A stretch of DNA of 64,000 nt from a virus. The notes under the pieces were generated by a model. It searched no databases, was not told where the DNA came from, and saw nothing but the letters and a program-made list of their open reading frames with translations. Below are positions 9,905-19,453 of this stretch, one piece after another (position 1 is the first letter of the stretch; each line of letters opens with the position of its first letter). A program made the position numbers and the translations under genes. The stretch spans positions 1-64,000 of the IMG/VR virus record IMGVR_UViG_3300042291_001568. One strand, given 5' to 3'.

Positions 9905-10102
9905 CTAGTCCATGTCGTTCTTGGCCATTACACGAATGTAATGAACAAGAAGAGCTACGCCTGTTGCAATGATAGCAATTTTGCGGGTGTTACCTGAGAG
10001 GGTGACAAACACAATGGTGCTTCCTGCAAGTGTGAAAGCCAAGGCGGCTGTCTCATCTGCAAACTTTTTGATGAATCCAATTGGGCTGAATGTTCTTTTC
10101 AT
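9905..10102 (-). CDS. small two-TM membrane protein
   Basis: 65 aa with two hydrophobic segments, directly downstream of the large surface protein. Confidence 0.65.
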   Translation of the reverse strand: MKRTFSPIGFIKKFADETAALAFTLAGSTIVFVTLSGNTRKIAIIATGVALLVHYIRVMAKNDMD

Positions 10103-10104
10103 TG

Positions 10105-13100
10105 TTAGTTCTCCTGGTACTTGAAAATACTATTACGTGTAAAGGGTTTCTTATCTTCGTCTTCTTCTGGGCCAGCAATTTCGCCAGCAGCTTCTTGCTC
10201 GCTTTCTTCTTCTTTTTTGCTGCGTCCTTCAGTGTTTCCGTTTCCGTTGCCACCGCTGTTGCTGTTGCCGCTTCCTCCACCACCATTGCCTCCACCTGAA
10301 GACCCTCCGCCTCCGCCTGCTGCTGCTCCAGCAGCACCGGCTGCTGCCATGGTTGATACTGCGGCAGAGGCTGCGATAAGGCTTCTACGCGTTCCTACGT
10401 CAACCTGAGAACCAACAGCCACGTACTCATCGAGACCTTCAGCAAAGATGTCAATCGTTTCTTCGAATGCGTTCTTTACTTCTTCAGGTGCGTCGGTTAC
10501 TGCTGCAACAAGTGCTGCTTCTTCTGCTGAAGTTAGCTCGTCAACTGCAACTGCATCGAAGATCTCCGCTGCTTGGTCACCGTCAATGCTCTCCAAAACC
10601 TTTTCGCTTGTGGCAAGGTCTGTTGCTTGTTCGGCAGTGACTTCGCTTTCCAAGATGCTATCAATGGCTGCGGATACTTGCTCTTCAGAGACAGCGTCGG
10701 ACTCAAGGATCCCAACAACTTCTGCAAACTGTTCATCTGAAAGCGGTTCATCCAAAACGGCGTCAATGATCGCATCAAACTTTTCATCAGAAATCGGTTC
10801 GCTAAAGACGGCCTCAAGAGCGTCGCTAAACTGTTCGGTTGACAAAGGCCCATCAAAAACTGCTTGCACTGCAGTGTCAAACTGTTCGTCGCTCAGCGTT
10901 GAAGTATCCGCAAAGACAGCATCAACTGCAGCAGAGAAGTTTTCGTCAGACATAGGTCCATCAAACACTGAATCAATAACTGTAGAAAACTGAGTGTCTG
11001 TTAGTTCTTGGTCAAGCAGCGCGGTAACAACGGCGGTTAGTGCTTCAGGTGTTTCCGCGTCTGCAACTAAATCATCAACTGCATCTTCAAGTTTTGCATC
11101 AGACATAGGACCGTCAAAAATATCTGCAACTGCAGCATCGGCTGCATCTTGAATATCCTCTGGGACAACTATTTCTGGAAGAACGTCTGTCGGTATTTCT
11201 TCTTCTGGGACGTATTCCGGTATCGTGGCGGTGGGTTCATCGTCTTTGGAATCACTCGTACCCGGGGATGTCGCAATTGGAAGTTCCTCTCCTGGAAGTG
11301 TTGTTGTTGTTCCTGTTTCTGTAGTTGGAAGCTCTATTACCGCTGGCAACGTTGTTACTACTGGGGTGTCCACTGGAAGCTCAGTTGGCACTGTAATGCT
11401 AGGGACTGTACCCTCTGGCACTGGAGTAACAGTAGTTGTTGTTGTGGAAGACGTGGTAGTTGTCGTTGTCGTTGTCACAACTGTGTTGCTATCTTCAACA
11501 AAGCCTAGGCCGGAGTAAATCCCATCGTTGTTATTAAATGTGTTGTCTCTAGAAGTTGACCACGAGTTAGCGCTAACACCGTTGTAAGAAACCTGACCAG
11601 CAATTCTGTTGTCAAACTGTATGGCTAGTGTGTTGTTGGTAAAAGTGTTTCCTTCTATTAACTGATTGTCTACACCAGGTGTCCAACCTGCTGGGATACC
11701 CGAGTAAGTGCGGACGCCAACTAAGTTGTTAGTAAATGTAGAATCAATAACCTGAATTCTGTTTAGTCCCTGCAGTTGCGCAGCGATTTGCGTATTGCCA
11801 AAGAACACTGAGTTTTCAATCTTCACAAAGCGCTCAGTTGCAAGTCCGTAGGTGTTGTCTACGAATTGTGAGTTGTCAATGTAGATTCTGTTTTGATAGT
11901 CAGAGTCTGTGAGACTCTTTGTCACTGGCGTGCTTCCGTAGTCAGAGCGAATACCTGCGTAGTTGTCTGCGAATAAGCAAGAGTCAAACGTAGTGACTGT
12001 CTGGTTTTGCTGGTACCACGCGTAGTGCGCGGTGTCTAAGAACTCAACATTTGTAACTGTGAATGTCCCTTGGTTTGCCCAGACAAGACCGCCCGATGCA
12101 GCCTTGCCATTTTTCAATGTCATATCACTAATAGCTATTGTTCTTTGACCATTATTATAGATAGGACGATACAAGTCGCTACCGTCAATGATTGTGCTTG
12201 TTGTTCCGTTGCCAGTAATTGACACGTCTTGCGTAATCGCTGGCAGGTCAGCAGTGAGGGTAATTGTGCCAGTAAGGCCACTTGCAAAAGTGATGCTGTC
12301 GTAAATGCCACCACTTTGAGCGTTCGCTTGTGTGATTGCCCAGCGCAGTGTTCCATCGGAAGTAGTGTCATCGAGACTTGTTACTTCAAGAGATGTTGCT
12401 GGAGGAAGCGTTGTCGTTGTCGATGTAGTCGTTGAAGGCTCGGGAATAGTAGTTGTAGTCGGTGGAGCTGTTGGTGCTGTTTCATTGTTTGGAGCAACAG
12501 CTCCAAAAGTTTCACATGAGCCGTTTTGTCCGCAAAGTTGCGTTGTGCCGACTTCGCTGTCGAGCATCAGAACTGGTGACAGTGCACTGTCGTCGAGATT
12601 GAACACCGCAAAGCCGAGCTTGTAAGTTCCAGTAACGGAAACTTCATATGTTGACATCTGCCAGCCAGTTGAACCATATGAATTGGTTGAATAGTCGCCA
12701 GTTCCTGGATTGGTGAAACCAAGAAGCGCGTATTGCTGTTCAAAGTTGTTGACTGTTATTGCTGGAGTCGACGCAACGGAGACAGGAACAAGAGACGTGA
12801 TAGAACCATCGTTGTATGGAACGTAGTCAGTTGCCATGTAGTTCCAAGACATTGTGTACGTGACACCAGCGGTAAGTTCTACTTCACGAGTAATCCACGC
12901 AGCATCGGTTGGGTTGCCTTGGCCTAGACCTGTTGTGGATGCTTGGCTGGACAGCATTTGTGCTATCTCTGAAGTTTGAGTTCCAGAAAGCCCGAGTGCT
13001 GTAGTAGCTTGGGTAAACGTCTGCTCACCCTTCGGCTGCAGTAGTGCCGCGTATGTAGCATTGTTTGGCGAGAATGTCCAACTGCCTGAGCCATAATTAA

Positions 13101-13389
13101 AAGTACGTGCGCCAGTGAAGACAGTTACGCCAGTTCCGCTACCAGTGATTGAATTACCCAGCGTTCCCGTCTGTGAACCTCGTGACCAGCCTGTGAGCGT
13201 TCCGTCTTCAAAGTCGGCATTTGGAATAGACGTAGTAGTACTTGTAGCATTGGCCGTAAGGCCTATTGGAGCAAAAGCCGAAGCTAGCGCTATAAGTATA
13301 GATGGAATTACAACCCAAGAGCCTTTACGAACTCTTATTTTCTTGTTCCGCCCAGAACGCTCTCCCCCACGTAAGCCGTGGTGGTTCAT
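10105..13389 (-). CDS. large surface/secreted protein (carbohydrate-binding-like domain, beta-helix, Thr stalks, acidic 17-aa repeats)
   Basis: Signal/TM at the N-terminus; NADFEDGTLTGW jelly-roll-like start; DGTLRWAITQAN beta-helix cap; poly-Thr linkers; about 9 copies of AVxAVFDGPLSDEQF; hydrophobic Ala/Gly segment near the C-terminus. Confidence 0.8.
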   Translation of the reverse strand: MNHHGLRGGERSGRNKKIRVRKGSWVVIPSILIALASAFAPIGLTANATSTTTSIPNADFEDGTLTGWSRGSQTGTLGNSITGSGTGVTVFTGARTFNYGSGSWTFSPNNATYAALLQPKGEQTFTQATTALGLSGTQTSEIAQMLSSQASTTGLGQGNPTDAAWITREVELTAGVTYTMSWNYMATDYVPYNDGSITSLVPVSVASTPAITVNNFEQQYALLGFTNPGTGDYSTNSYGSTGWQMSTYEVSVTGTYKLGFAVFNLDDSALSPVLMLDSEVGTTQLCGQNGSCETFGAVAPNNETAPTAPPTTTTIPEPSTTTSTTTTLPPATSLEVTSLDDTTSDGTLRWAITQANAQSGGIYDSITFASGLTGTITLTADLPAITQDVSITGNGTTSTIIDGSDLYRPIYNNGQRTIAISDMTLKNGKAASGGLVWANQGTFTVTNVEFLDTAHYAWYQQNQTVTTFDSCLFADNYAGIRSDYGSTPVTKSLTDSDYQNRIYIDNSQFVDNTYGLATERFVKIENSVFFGNTQIAAQLQGLNRIQVIDSTFTNNLVGVRTYSGIPAGWTPGVDNQLIEGNTFTNNTLAIQFDNRIAGQVSYNGVSANSWSTSRDNTFNNNDGIYSGLGFVEDSNTVVTTTTTTTTSSTTTTTVTPVPEGTVPSITVPTELPVDTPVVTTLPAVIELPTTETGTTTTLPGEELPIATSPGTSDSKDDEPTATIPEYVPEEEIPTDVLPEIVVPEDIQDAADAAVADIFDGPMSDAKLEDAVDDLVADAETPEALTAVVTALLDQELTDTQFSTVIDSVFDGPMSDENFSAAVDAVFADTSTLSDEQFDTAVQAVFDGPLSTEQFSDALEAVFSEPISDEKFDAIIDAVLDEPLSDEQFAEVVGILESDAVSEEQVSAAIDSILESEVTAEQATDLATSEKVLESIDGDQAAEIFDAVAVDELTSAEEAALVAAVTDAPEEVKNAFEETIDIFAEGLDEYVAVGSQVDVGTRRSLIAASAAVSTMAAAGAAGAAAGGGGGSSGGGNGGGGSGNSNSGGNGNGNTEGRSKKEEESEQEAAGEIAGPEEDEDKKPFTRNSIFKYQEN

Positions 13390-13403
13390 ATGACCTTACT
13401 TGG

Positions 13404-13682
13404 TTAGTAGTCTTCTTGGTTGTCTCTTTCAATCTGACTAGGAGTCAGCGTGTGCTGCCACGCGATATCCCTACCACATTCTACTATGTGCATGGCAACC
13501 TCATATAAATTCTCGACTGCGATCAGCAAGTCCGCCCGCTCTTCGAGATCGTCAGTATCGTCTAATTCTTCTGCGACAGCAATCAAAGTATACGTGCACG
13601 CCGCGAGTCTGCGCAGTGTTCTTTCGTGATCTGTCTCGTCTGAAAACTTTGCCATACCCGATATTACATTGTGGCTGCTCAC
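13404..13682 (-). CDS. hypothetical acidic helical protein
   Basis: 92-aa ORF, first gene of the minus block. Confidence 0.6.
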   Translation of the reverse strand: MSSHNVISGMAKFSDETDHERTLRRLAACTYTLIAVAEELDDTDDLEERADLLIAVENLYEVAMHIVECGRDIAWQHTLTPSQIERDNQEDY

Positions 13683-14078
13683 GTGAGAGACACGCAGATG
13701 AACGAAGTTAATGTATCATTTCTCGCAAAAAGAGATCGTATCGTACCTTAAGTAGTGCTTCAAAATTCATTAGTAGGAAGTGCCAAGATAAGGCGTTTGG
13801 CGAATAGCACACGTGTTAAATGCTGAAAGTGTTGGAAAGATACTAAGACGCTTTTCATCAGCGGCTATACCAAAAAGTCTTAGTACTTATAAAAGAGTAA
13901 ATACATAAAATAGAAAAGCCTATTATTCTCTATCTACGCGTATACGTATGTGTAGGCGGGTAACAAAATAAATAGTTGGCTTCTTTGTTTCAATGTTATT
14001 TATAGGCATTCATACGTGTTATATTTACAAACAACACAGGTGTACACTTTTGTTGTACACTTAGCTTCGGAGGATCAA

Positions 14079-14552
14079 ATGACAAATAGCACAGAAGACA
14101 TATTCAAGTCTATGGGACTATCGGTAGACGAAATAGAAAAAGCAAATGAAGACATTGTGTCCAAAGGAAGACGACCAGAAACTGATAGGCGAGTCTGCCT
14201 CTGTGGGCACGGCATCGGAAGGCACACATCAGTCAATGGGATGATCTTCTGCAAACCATCAAGAATGGAATGTCCTTGCAAAGTAGCAAGACCAGTCCTT
14301 GAGGTAGAGGATGTTCGTAAGTTCTTGCGAGTGACTCGTGGAGGTGGACCCTTGCACGCACTAATTCAAGGGATGCTTCAGCACGCAAAAGCTGGAAAGC
14401 AAGCAAAGTGGATAACAGATCTCGTGTGCGACCGCTGCGGCAAGGACGACAAGAACGTTGTCCCAGTCCCAGTGACTAAGCGTGGATTCGCTACAGATAC
14501 GGCAACTGGGTACGACGCCTTGCTTTGTCACGAATGCAGAGAGGCGGTGTAA
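14079..14552 (+). CDS. Cys/His-rich zinc-binding protein
   Basis: GGAGG RBS before ATG 14079; CLCGH, C-x6-CPC, CDRC and CHEC motifs. Confidence 0.7.
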   Translation: MTNSTEDIFKSMGLSVDEIEKANEDIVSKGRRPETDRRVCLCGHGIGRHTSVNGMIFCKPSRMECPCKVARPVLEVEDVRKFLRVTRGGGPLHALIQGMLQHAKAGKQAKWITDLVCDRCGKDDKNVVPVPVTKRGFATDTATGYDALLCHECREAV

Positions 14553-14633
14553 ATGAAAATCATAGGACTGATAGCGCTAGTACTCGTGTACCTTGCGTTG
14601 CGAAGAAACAGAAATAAGTACAATAAGTACTAG
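14553..14633 (+). CDS. tiny membrane peptide (26 aa)
   Basis: MKIIGLIALVLVYLALRRNRNKYNKY fills the gap between adjacent genes. Confidence 0.35.
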   Translation: MKIIGLIALVLVYLALRRNRNKYNKY

Positions 14634-14642
14634 GAGGAACAG

Positions 14643-14831
14643 ATGAATCAGATGACTGACAGCACTGGAAGAACGCCAACACTTGAGGAGTGGAAAACCT
14701 ATGTTGAAAGCAAGCTCATTGACATTATAAAAGTCTGGGAGACCAAGATGGGAGAAGACGATAAGAGCATGTACACGCTTGGAGTGCGCCGAGCTCTCGA
14801 TGTTGTGCGTGGTGAGGATCCTGAGTTATAG
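14643..14831 (+). CDS. hypothetical protein
   Basis: AGGAGG RBS; 62 aa. Confidence 0.65.
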   Translation: MNQMTDSTGRTPTLEEWKTYVESKLIDIIKVWETKMGEDDKSMYTLGVRRALDVVRGEDPEL

Positions 14832-14846
14832 TAAAAACCTCGGTAC

Positions 14847-14918
14847 GCCCGTTTAGCTCAGTGGTAGAGCTCTGCACTTGTAATGCAGTGGTCCTCGGTT
14901 CAATCCCGAGAGCGGGCT
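14847..14918 (+). tRNA. trnT: tRNA-Thr(UGU)
   Basis: Acceptor GCCCGTT/AGCGGGC, D arm GCTC-AGTGGTA-GAGC, anticodon arm CTGCA-CT-TGT-AA-TGCAG, T arm CTCGG-TTCAATC-CCGAG. No encoded CCA. Confidence 0.95.
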
Positions 14919-15111
14919 CAAAAAGCGCCCTGAAAAGCAAAATCAAGAAGCACTTTAGAAAAGGCACTTGACCGCCCGCAAAGCCATTGTTTCTAAAAGA
15001 ACCTAGGCGTCTAACCCTACTCTCGTGAAAAACTTCACGGACATCCCTCCTCGGATGCCTGGCCTATGATCGTCACTGGATCCATATCCTTGGTTCCAGG
15101 AGGAAAGAACA

Positions 15112-15300
15112 ATGAAGATCACAGCAGAACAAAAAGCAATGGTAGCGTCGTACGCAAGAAGCGTTATTGGCGCAGCAGTGGCGGTCTACGTGTCAACAGG
15201 AGACGTCAAGATGGCAGCAAACGCTCTCTGGGCAGCAGCACTTCCTGTCATCATGCGTTACATGAATCCAAACGATCCCGCATTTGGTCGTTCGAAGTAA
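15112..15300 (+). CDS. putative holin
   Basis: 62 aa, two TM helices, C-terminal NPNDPAFGR typical of small actinophage holin-like proteins. Confidence 0.6.
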   Translation: MKITAEQKAMVASYARSVIGAAVAVYVSTGDVKMAANALWAAALPVIMRYMNPNDPAFGRSK

Positions 15301-15343
15301 TATAGTAGCTTCGTTACACCCACACACACACAGAAAGACACAC

Positions 15344-15568
15344 ATGTCAACTACAAAGAAAACACCAGCCAAGAAGACAGCTCCTGCTAAGAAAGCCGCG
15401 CCTGCTAAAAAAGCAGCGCCAGTTAAAAAGGCAGCAGCTGCTTCAAAGAAACCAGTAGCACAGGAACCAGCCCGCGTTCTAATCGACACAGCGCCGGCTC
15501 CACGTCCTGCCGCTCCGGCTCCCGCAAAAAAGAAATCGTTCATCGCACGTTTCTTCGGGAAGGCCTAA
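15344..15568 (+). CDS. histone-H1-like Lys/Ala/Pro-rich protein
   Basis: Repeated PAKK(A/T)A motifs and an amphipathic C-terminal helix (SFIARFFGKA). Confidence 0.7.
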   Translation: MSTTKKTPAKKTAPAKKAAPAKKAAPVKKAAAASKKPVAQEPARVLIDTAPAPRPAAPAPAKKKSFIARFFGKA

Positions 15569-15654
15569 GACAGCGAGCTACGTACGCTCGGGGGATCCGT
15601 CGATACCCGCCCTCTCCCCATTGGCGGATCCCCTACCCTAACTGAAAGAAACCG

Positions 15655-16593
15655 ATGTCCATGTCTACTGACCTTGTATTTGAGCAAGAGCCAGGTCCAG
15701 AGCGTCCTGAAGTCCAAATTGACTCTCCAATCAATTTACGCCCAGATCTTTCCAAACTTGGAATTGACGAGGTAGAAAAAGGCATCTGCCAAGACACGTA
15801 CGAAAACCGTGCGATCCTTCGTAGATCTAAGATGGGCTGGGATCCGGTGTACGCCTCGAACGGCGTGCCTACTGGTCTCATCCAAGCGCGCTCGGAAGAA
15901 ATGGCGAAGGCGCGCCGTGTTCTGTCTCTTACGGAGAAAAAACCGATCTTAGTAGATCCCGACCACATGAACTCGGACTACATCACTGGCTACGATCTCC
16001 TAGCAGAATCAGCAGCGGATTACATTGTCCCACCCTGGGTTGTAGGCGCAACAAGGTCTTACATTAAAGAACAAGAAGCTGGTGGCGTTCCCGCAGGCTC
16101 TAAGAGAAAACCGGCGGCGCTTCCAACTCGCTGCCGCGCAATCAAAGACGATGGCATCCGTTGCATGATGTGGTCCTCGGGACGCATGCAAGATGACGGC
16201 TACTGCCGGGTACATCTTGGCTCGATTCAACGTAAGCCAGGAGAAGATGTCGAGCGCGCGCGATCCAAGCTTACACAAGCCGCGCCGTACGCTGTTGACA
16301 TCCTAGAAGATTTGATGGAGAACGCTGCCTCAGAACCTGTACGCTTGAAGGCGTCAACAGAAATCCTTGACCGCGCTGGTGTACGCGGTGGTGTAGAGTT
16401 TGATGCAAGAATAGAAGTAGCGGACGGACGACAGCCTGCACAGGTTGTCGCTGAAAGACTTCAACGTTTGGCAGCAGGGGCAATACAAGTTGCTTCGACA
16501 TTAGCGCAGGCAGGAATAATCATCCCAACCGAAAGTGACGAAATACAAGATGCAGAGATTATTGAACCAGATGAACCAACCGCAGAGGATTAG
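15655..16593 (+). CDS. putative terminase small subunit-like protein with CCCH zinc finger
   Basis: CRAIKDDGIRC...YCRVHLG (HGGxSTG-type finger) followed by the helical motif VRLKASTEILDRAG often seen in TerS-like proteins. Confidence 0.4.
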   Translation: MSMSTDLVFEQEPGPERPEVQIDSPINLRPDLSKLGIDEVEKGICQDTYENRAILRRSKMGWDPVYASNGVPTGLIQARSEEMAKARRVLSLTEKKPILVDPDHMNSDYITGYDLLAESAADYIVPPWVVGATRSYIKEQEAGGVPAGSKRKPAALPTRCRAIKDDGIRCMMWSSGRMQDDGYCRVHLGSIQRKPGEDVERARSKLTQAAPYAVDILEDLMENAASEPVRLKASTEILDRAGVRGGVEFDARIEVADGRQPAQVVAERLQRLAAGAIQVASTLAQAGIIIPTESDEIQDAEIIEPDEPTAED

Positions 16594-16749
16594 ACATAAT
16601 GGAGCTCGAAGTAACGGCATTAGCGCAGCAGCTGTTTCACAGCCTGCTCGCAGACGTGGACAAGGCGATCACACGGGAAGAACATATTCGCCTTACGGCT
16701 CGAGCGAACGAAGCAGAGAACTTGCTCAGCAAACTGCAGGGTGCGCCAG

Positions 16750-17526
16750 ATGAGAGCGCGGCCTAACGACCACGACCGTCTGATTGAAGAAGCGCGCACG
16801 CACCTTGGGTACAAACCAAGACCGGGCGGAATTTCTTTCTATGCGGAAAAGGTAGGGTACGCAAGTCACGGGTCGCCCTGGGACGGTGCGTTCATAGACG
16901 TAGTTGCACGGGATGCAAATTGCGTTATCCCATCTTGCACTTCAACATCTTCCGGCCTGGCTGAGTTCATCTACAGTGGACGGTGGCGAAAAACGCCTCG
17001 GCCTGGTGACATTGTCTTCTATTCTTTCTCAACGGGTGGTCCATGGACTCAACCTCACGTCGGAATAGTCACAGGCGTGGACCGTTGGAAAATTGATGGT
17101 ACGTTCATTGCGCTCGAGGCGATGGTGGATTCCGGCCTGCCCCAGGGCTCAAAAGAGATGACGGGTGTGTTTGAGCGAGTTCGTTGGAAGAACGAGGTTC
17201 TTGGATTTTGTAGGCCAAATTTCAAACTCAGGCCTGAGCTAGGAAAAAATAATATGACGGGTGCCAAAAACACCTTGAAGCTTTCGCACCTAAAGCCGAG
17301 GAAGAAACACGAAAGTGTCAAGGTTCTTCAGCAGGCTCTGAAGATTACCTCAGGATTGGTTTATTACGAGGCAGGCCACTACGACAACATGACCCAAAAC
17401 GCGTTCGCCCGTTGGCAACGCCAAATCGGGTACGTCGGCGAAGATGCCAACGGAATCCCAAATCACTCCTCACTTTCCCGATTAGGGAGCCAGACAGGGC
17501 TATTTCAGATCGCATCTGAAAACTAG
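16750..17526 (+). CDS. CHAP/NlpC-P60-like protein with C-terminal peptidoglycan-binding domain (endolysin-like)
   Basis: LIEEARTHLGY, PWDGAF, PGDIVFY, HVGIV; C-terminal VKVLQQAL...YDNMTQNAFARWQ (PG_binding_1-like). Confidence 0.75.
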   Translation: MRARPNDHDRLIEEARTHLGYKPRPGGISFYAEKVGYASHGSPWDGAFIDVVARDANCVIPSCTSTSSGLAEFIYSGRWRKTPRPGDIVFYSFSTGGPWTQPHVGIVTGVDRWKIDGTFIALEAMVDSGLPQGSKEMTGVFERVRWKNEVLGFCRPNFKLRPELGKNNMTGAKNTLKLSHLKPRKKHESVKVLQQALKITSGLVYYEAGHYDNMTQNAFARWQRQIGYVGEDANGIPNHSSLSRLGSQTGLFQIASEN

Positions 17527-17546
17527 GGAATATATAATAAAACCAG

Positions 17547-17960
17547 ATGAACAAGCGCCTAACTGACGAATGCGACAGCTGCGGCTCAGACATCCGTATC
17601 ATACCAGCGCCAGGGCTGAGCACTGACCCAGAGCAGACTATGTCTGGCTATCGCCAGGTTGAAAACGGCTGGTGTCTAAATCTGTCTGGCGGCTACGCTG
17701 AGTTTACTGACGACTGCTTTGTAGAAAACAGTCCACTGCTGTACGTTGTGCTGTGTCACGACTGCTGCTTAAAAATCGCAAGGATGCTTCCTAATCTATT
17801 TCCGCCGGGAACTGGCACGCACCCTCCGCATACTGAAAATAATTCCGATGCGTCGTGCTGTGAGTTTAACTGGTCTATAGACTCGCATGGCTGCACAGTC
17901 GTCGGCGACGGCAAAGGCGGCTGGGTTGAACGCATTGCGCCATCAGGAGAAGTAATCTAG
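17547..17960 (+). CDS. Cys-rich hypothetical protein
   Basis: First cassette gene; CDSC, CHDCC and CC motifs; stop lies in the next promoter copy. Confidence 0.7.
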   Translation: MNKRLTDECDSCGSDIRIIPAPGLSTDPEQTMSGYRQVENGWCLNLSGGYAEFTDDCFVENSPLLYVVLCHDCCLKIARMLPNLFPPGTGTHPPHTENNSDASCCEFNWSIDSHGCTVVGDGKGGWVERIAPSGEVI

Positions 17961-18045
17961 GGAAAATATAATTACCCTAAATCATAACGCAGGGTAAAGT
18001 CCTGTGTTATAATGACAGTATCCACAACGACATAGGAGACAGAAA

Positions 18046-18630
18046 ATGAAAACCATTCCAGTCCAGTTACAACCGTTTATTGAAGCACGACGTGCTCGTG
18101 GAAAAACCACGCGCGACATTGTTCAGTTCATCGTAGATGCTACGGACGTTCCGCTCACTGCGCTTGAAGTAACAAATCTCGCAGCACAACTCAACGAACG
18201 AGTCTACGACTACAACTACATCACGAAGATTCTTCGAGAGCTTATTGTTGACGGGCTTGCAATTAGCCGAATTGAAACCGATCAAGAGCGAAGCACTAGA
18301 TCTTACGGGCGTCTTGTGAAAGGTCACAACGCGACCTTATTCATTGGAACGTCAACGGGCCGCACGACAGTGCCGACACGCACGGTCGGTATTGCTGTCC
18401 CAGGCGTGGAGCTAGGCCAGAAGGTTGACGGGATCACCTACAGGTACAAGCACAAGACGAAAGCTGGAAAAAAGAAACGGGCTTCAACTCGTGTTCTGGT
18501 TTCCGGCCTGCCTAGCAAAACCACAGCGATGACGGGTGACGTTGCCGATCTTCTCGAGCAGCTGATTGCTGCACGAACAGCGAAGCTTCAATCGAAGCTT
18601 GATCGCATCACACGCATACTCGCCGAGTAA
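18046..18630 (+). CDS. putative winged-helix DNA-binding protein
   Basis: PLTALEV...YITKILRELIVDGL is wHTH-like; basic C-terminal half; AGGAG RBS. Confidence 0.55.
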   Translation: MKTIPVQLQPFIEARRARGKTTRDIVQFIVDATDVPLTALEVTNLAAQLNERVYDYNYITKILRELIVDGLAISRIETDQERSTRSYGRLVKGHNATLFIGTSTGRTTVPTRTVGIAVPGVELGQKVDGITYRYKHKTKAGKKKRASTRVLVSGLPSKTTAMTGDVADLLEQLIAARTAKLQSKLDRITRILAE

Positions 18631-18723
18631 AAAGTTCCGGCCTGAGCTGGGCTTCCCCGTGTATGACGGGCAGGCCTGAGCTCGGATTGTATTTCATTAA
18701 CGGGCACGTGTTATCGTGTACGA

Positions 18724-18981
18724 GTGATGTACAATTACGCGATGTACGTAGTCGAAGATCTAGAGCATTGCTTCATATCTGCGAATAAGGGTATCTACGA
18801 TTTTGTCATTGACGACGAAGAATGCAAGAACTGTGGAATGGTTGTTGGCCCGTATGGCGACTCGTTCTTCCCATGCGTAATTCTCGTAGGTCAAGACGAA
18901 GGAGAGTCATGGCCGATCTGCGTTGAATGCGCCGCGCCATTGCTGTACCCACGAGAATGGATCGATGAACTAGACGTGTAG
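18724..18981 (+). CDS. zinc-finger-like protein
   Basis: CKNC and CVEC motifs; start uncertain. Confidence 0.6.
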   Translation: MMYNYAMYVVEDLEHCFISANKGIYDFVIDDEECKNCGMVVGPYGDSFFPCVILVGQDEGESWPICVECAAPLLYPREWIDELDV

Positions 18982-19149
18982 CCAGATAATTAGTACTATG
19001 CCCGTAGTACTAATTATTCTAAGGATGATACTATTTGCTTCATCGGGATCGCCAATATCTGACTTAGCCCCACCTGGTGGGAAAACTAAGGATGGTATAA
19101 TGATCTCATACCCAAGCAATCCTGCCTGGGAGCGACGAAAGGACAAATA

Positions 19150-19404
19150 ATGGAACAGCGCAAATGGTGTCTCCTCAAGGGGAGCGACGTTGGCCCGATG
19201 GGCCGTGGCCAAGCTGGCAAGAAGAAAGTATACGAGATCATCGTCTCGGACAACGTTCTTCGTTGCGAGTGGGGCATGGCTGAAAAGACCCAGCGTCAAT
19301 CAAGCACTCGGGTGTTCACATCACACCAGTCAGCACGTGCCGCAGCCTACGAGAAGTTGTGGGCGAAGCAGGACCGCGGCTACACCGTGGCCTACGCTGT
19401 CTAA
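19150..19404 (+). CDS. standalone WGR-domain protein (paralog 1)
   Basis: KKVYE...CEWG...Q...A...K...K..RGY WGR pattern; promoter and RBS present. Confidence 0.8.
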   Translation: MEQRKWCLLKGSDVGPMGRGQAGKKKVYEIIVSDNVLRCEWGMAEKTQRQSSTRVFTSHQSARAAAYEKLWAKQDRGYTVAYAV

Positions 19405-19423
19405 ATAGACAGTGAAGTTCTGG

Positions 19424-19453
19424 AAGAGTGGGGGCTTCGGCCCCTGCTCTTTC
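19424..19453 (+). terminator. intrinsic terminator-like hairpin
   Basis: AAGAGTGGGGGC-TTCG-GCCCCTGCTCTTT after the WGR gene. Confidence 0.65.

Noticed and set aside
7001-13508. + strand ORFs overlapping the subtilase and the 1094-aa protein
   Set aside because: They are antisense read-through of low-complexity Thr/Asp/Ala codons (poly-Val, poly-Ser), with no RBS.
18637-18685. HDV-like ribozyme (GGCCTG/CAGGCC with a nested hairpin)
   Set aside because: No P1.1, P4 or J4/2 catalytic C, and the pairing arises from two adjacent copies of the bipartite motif.
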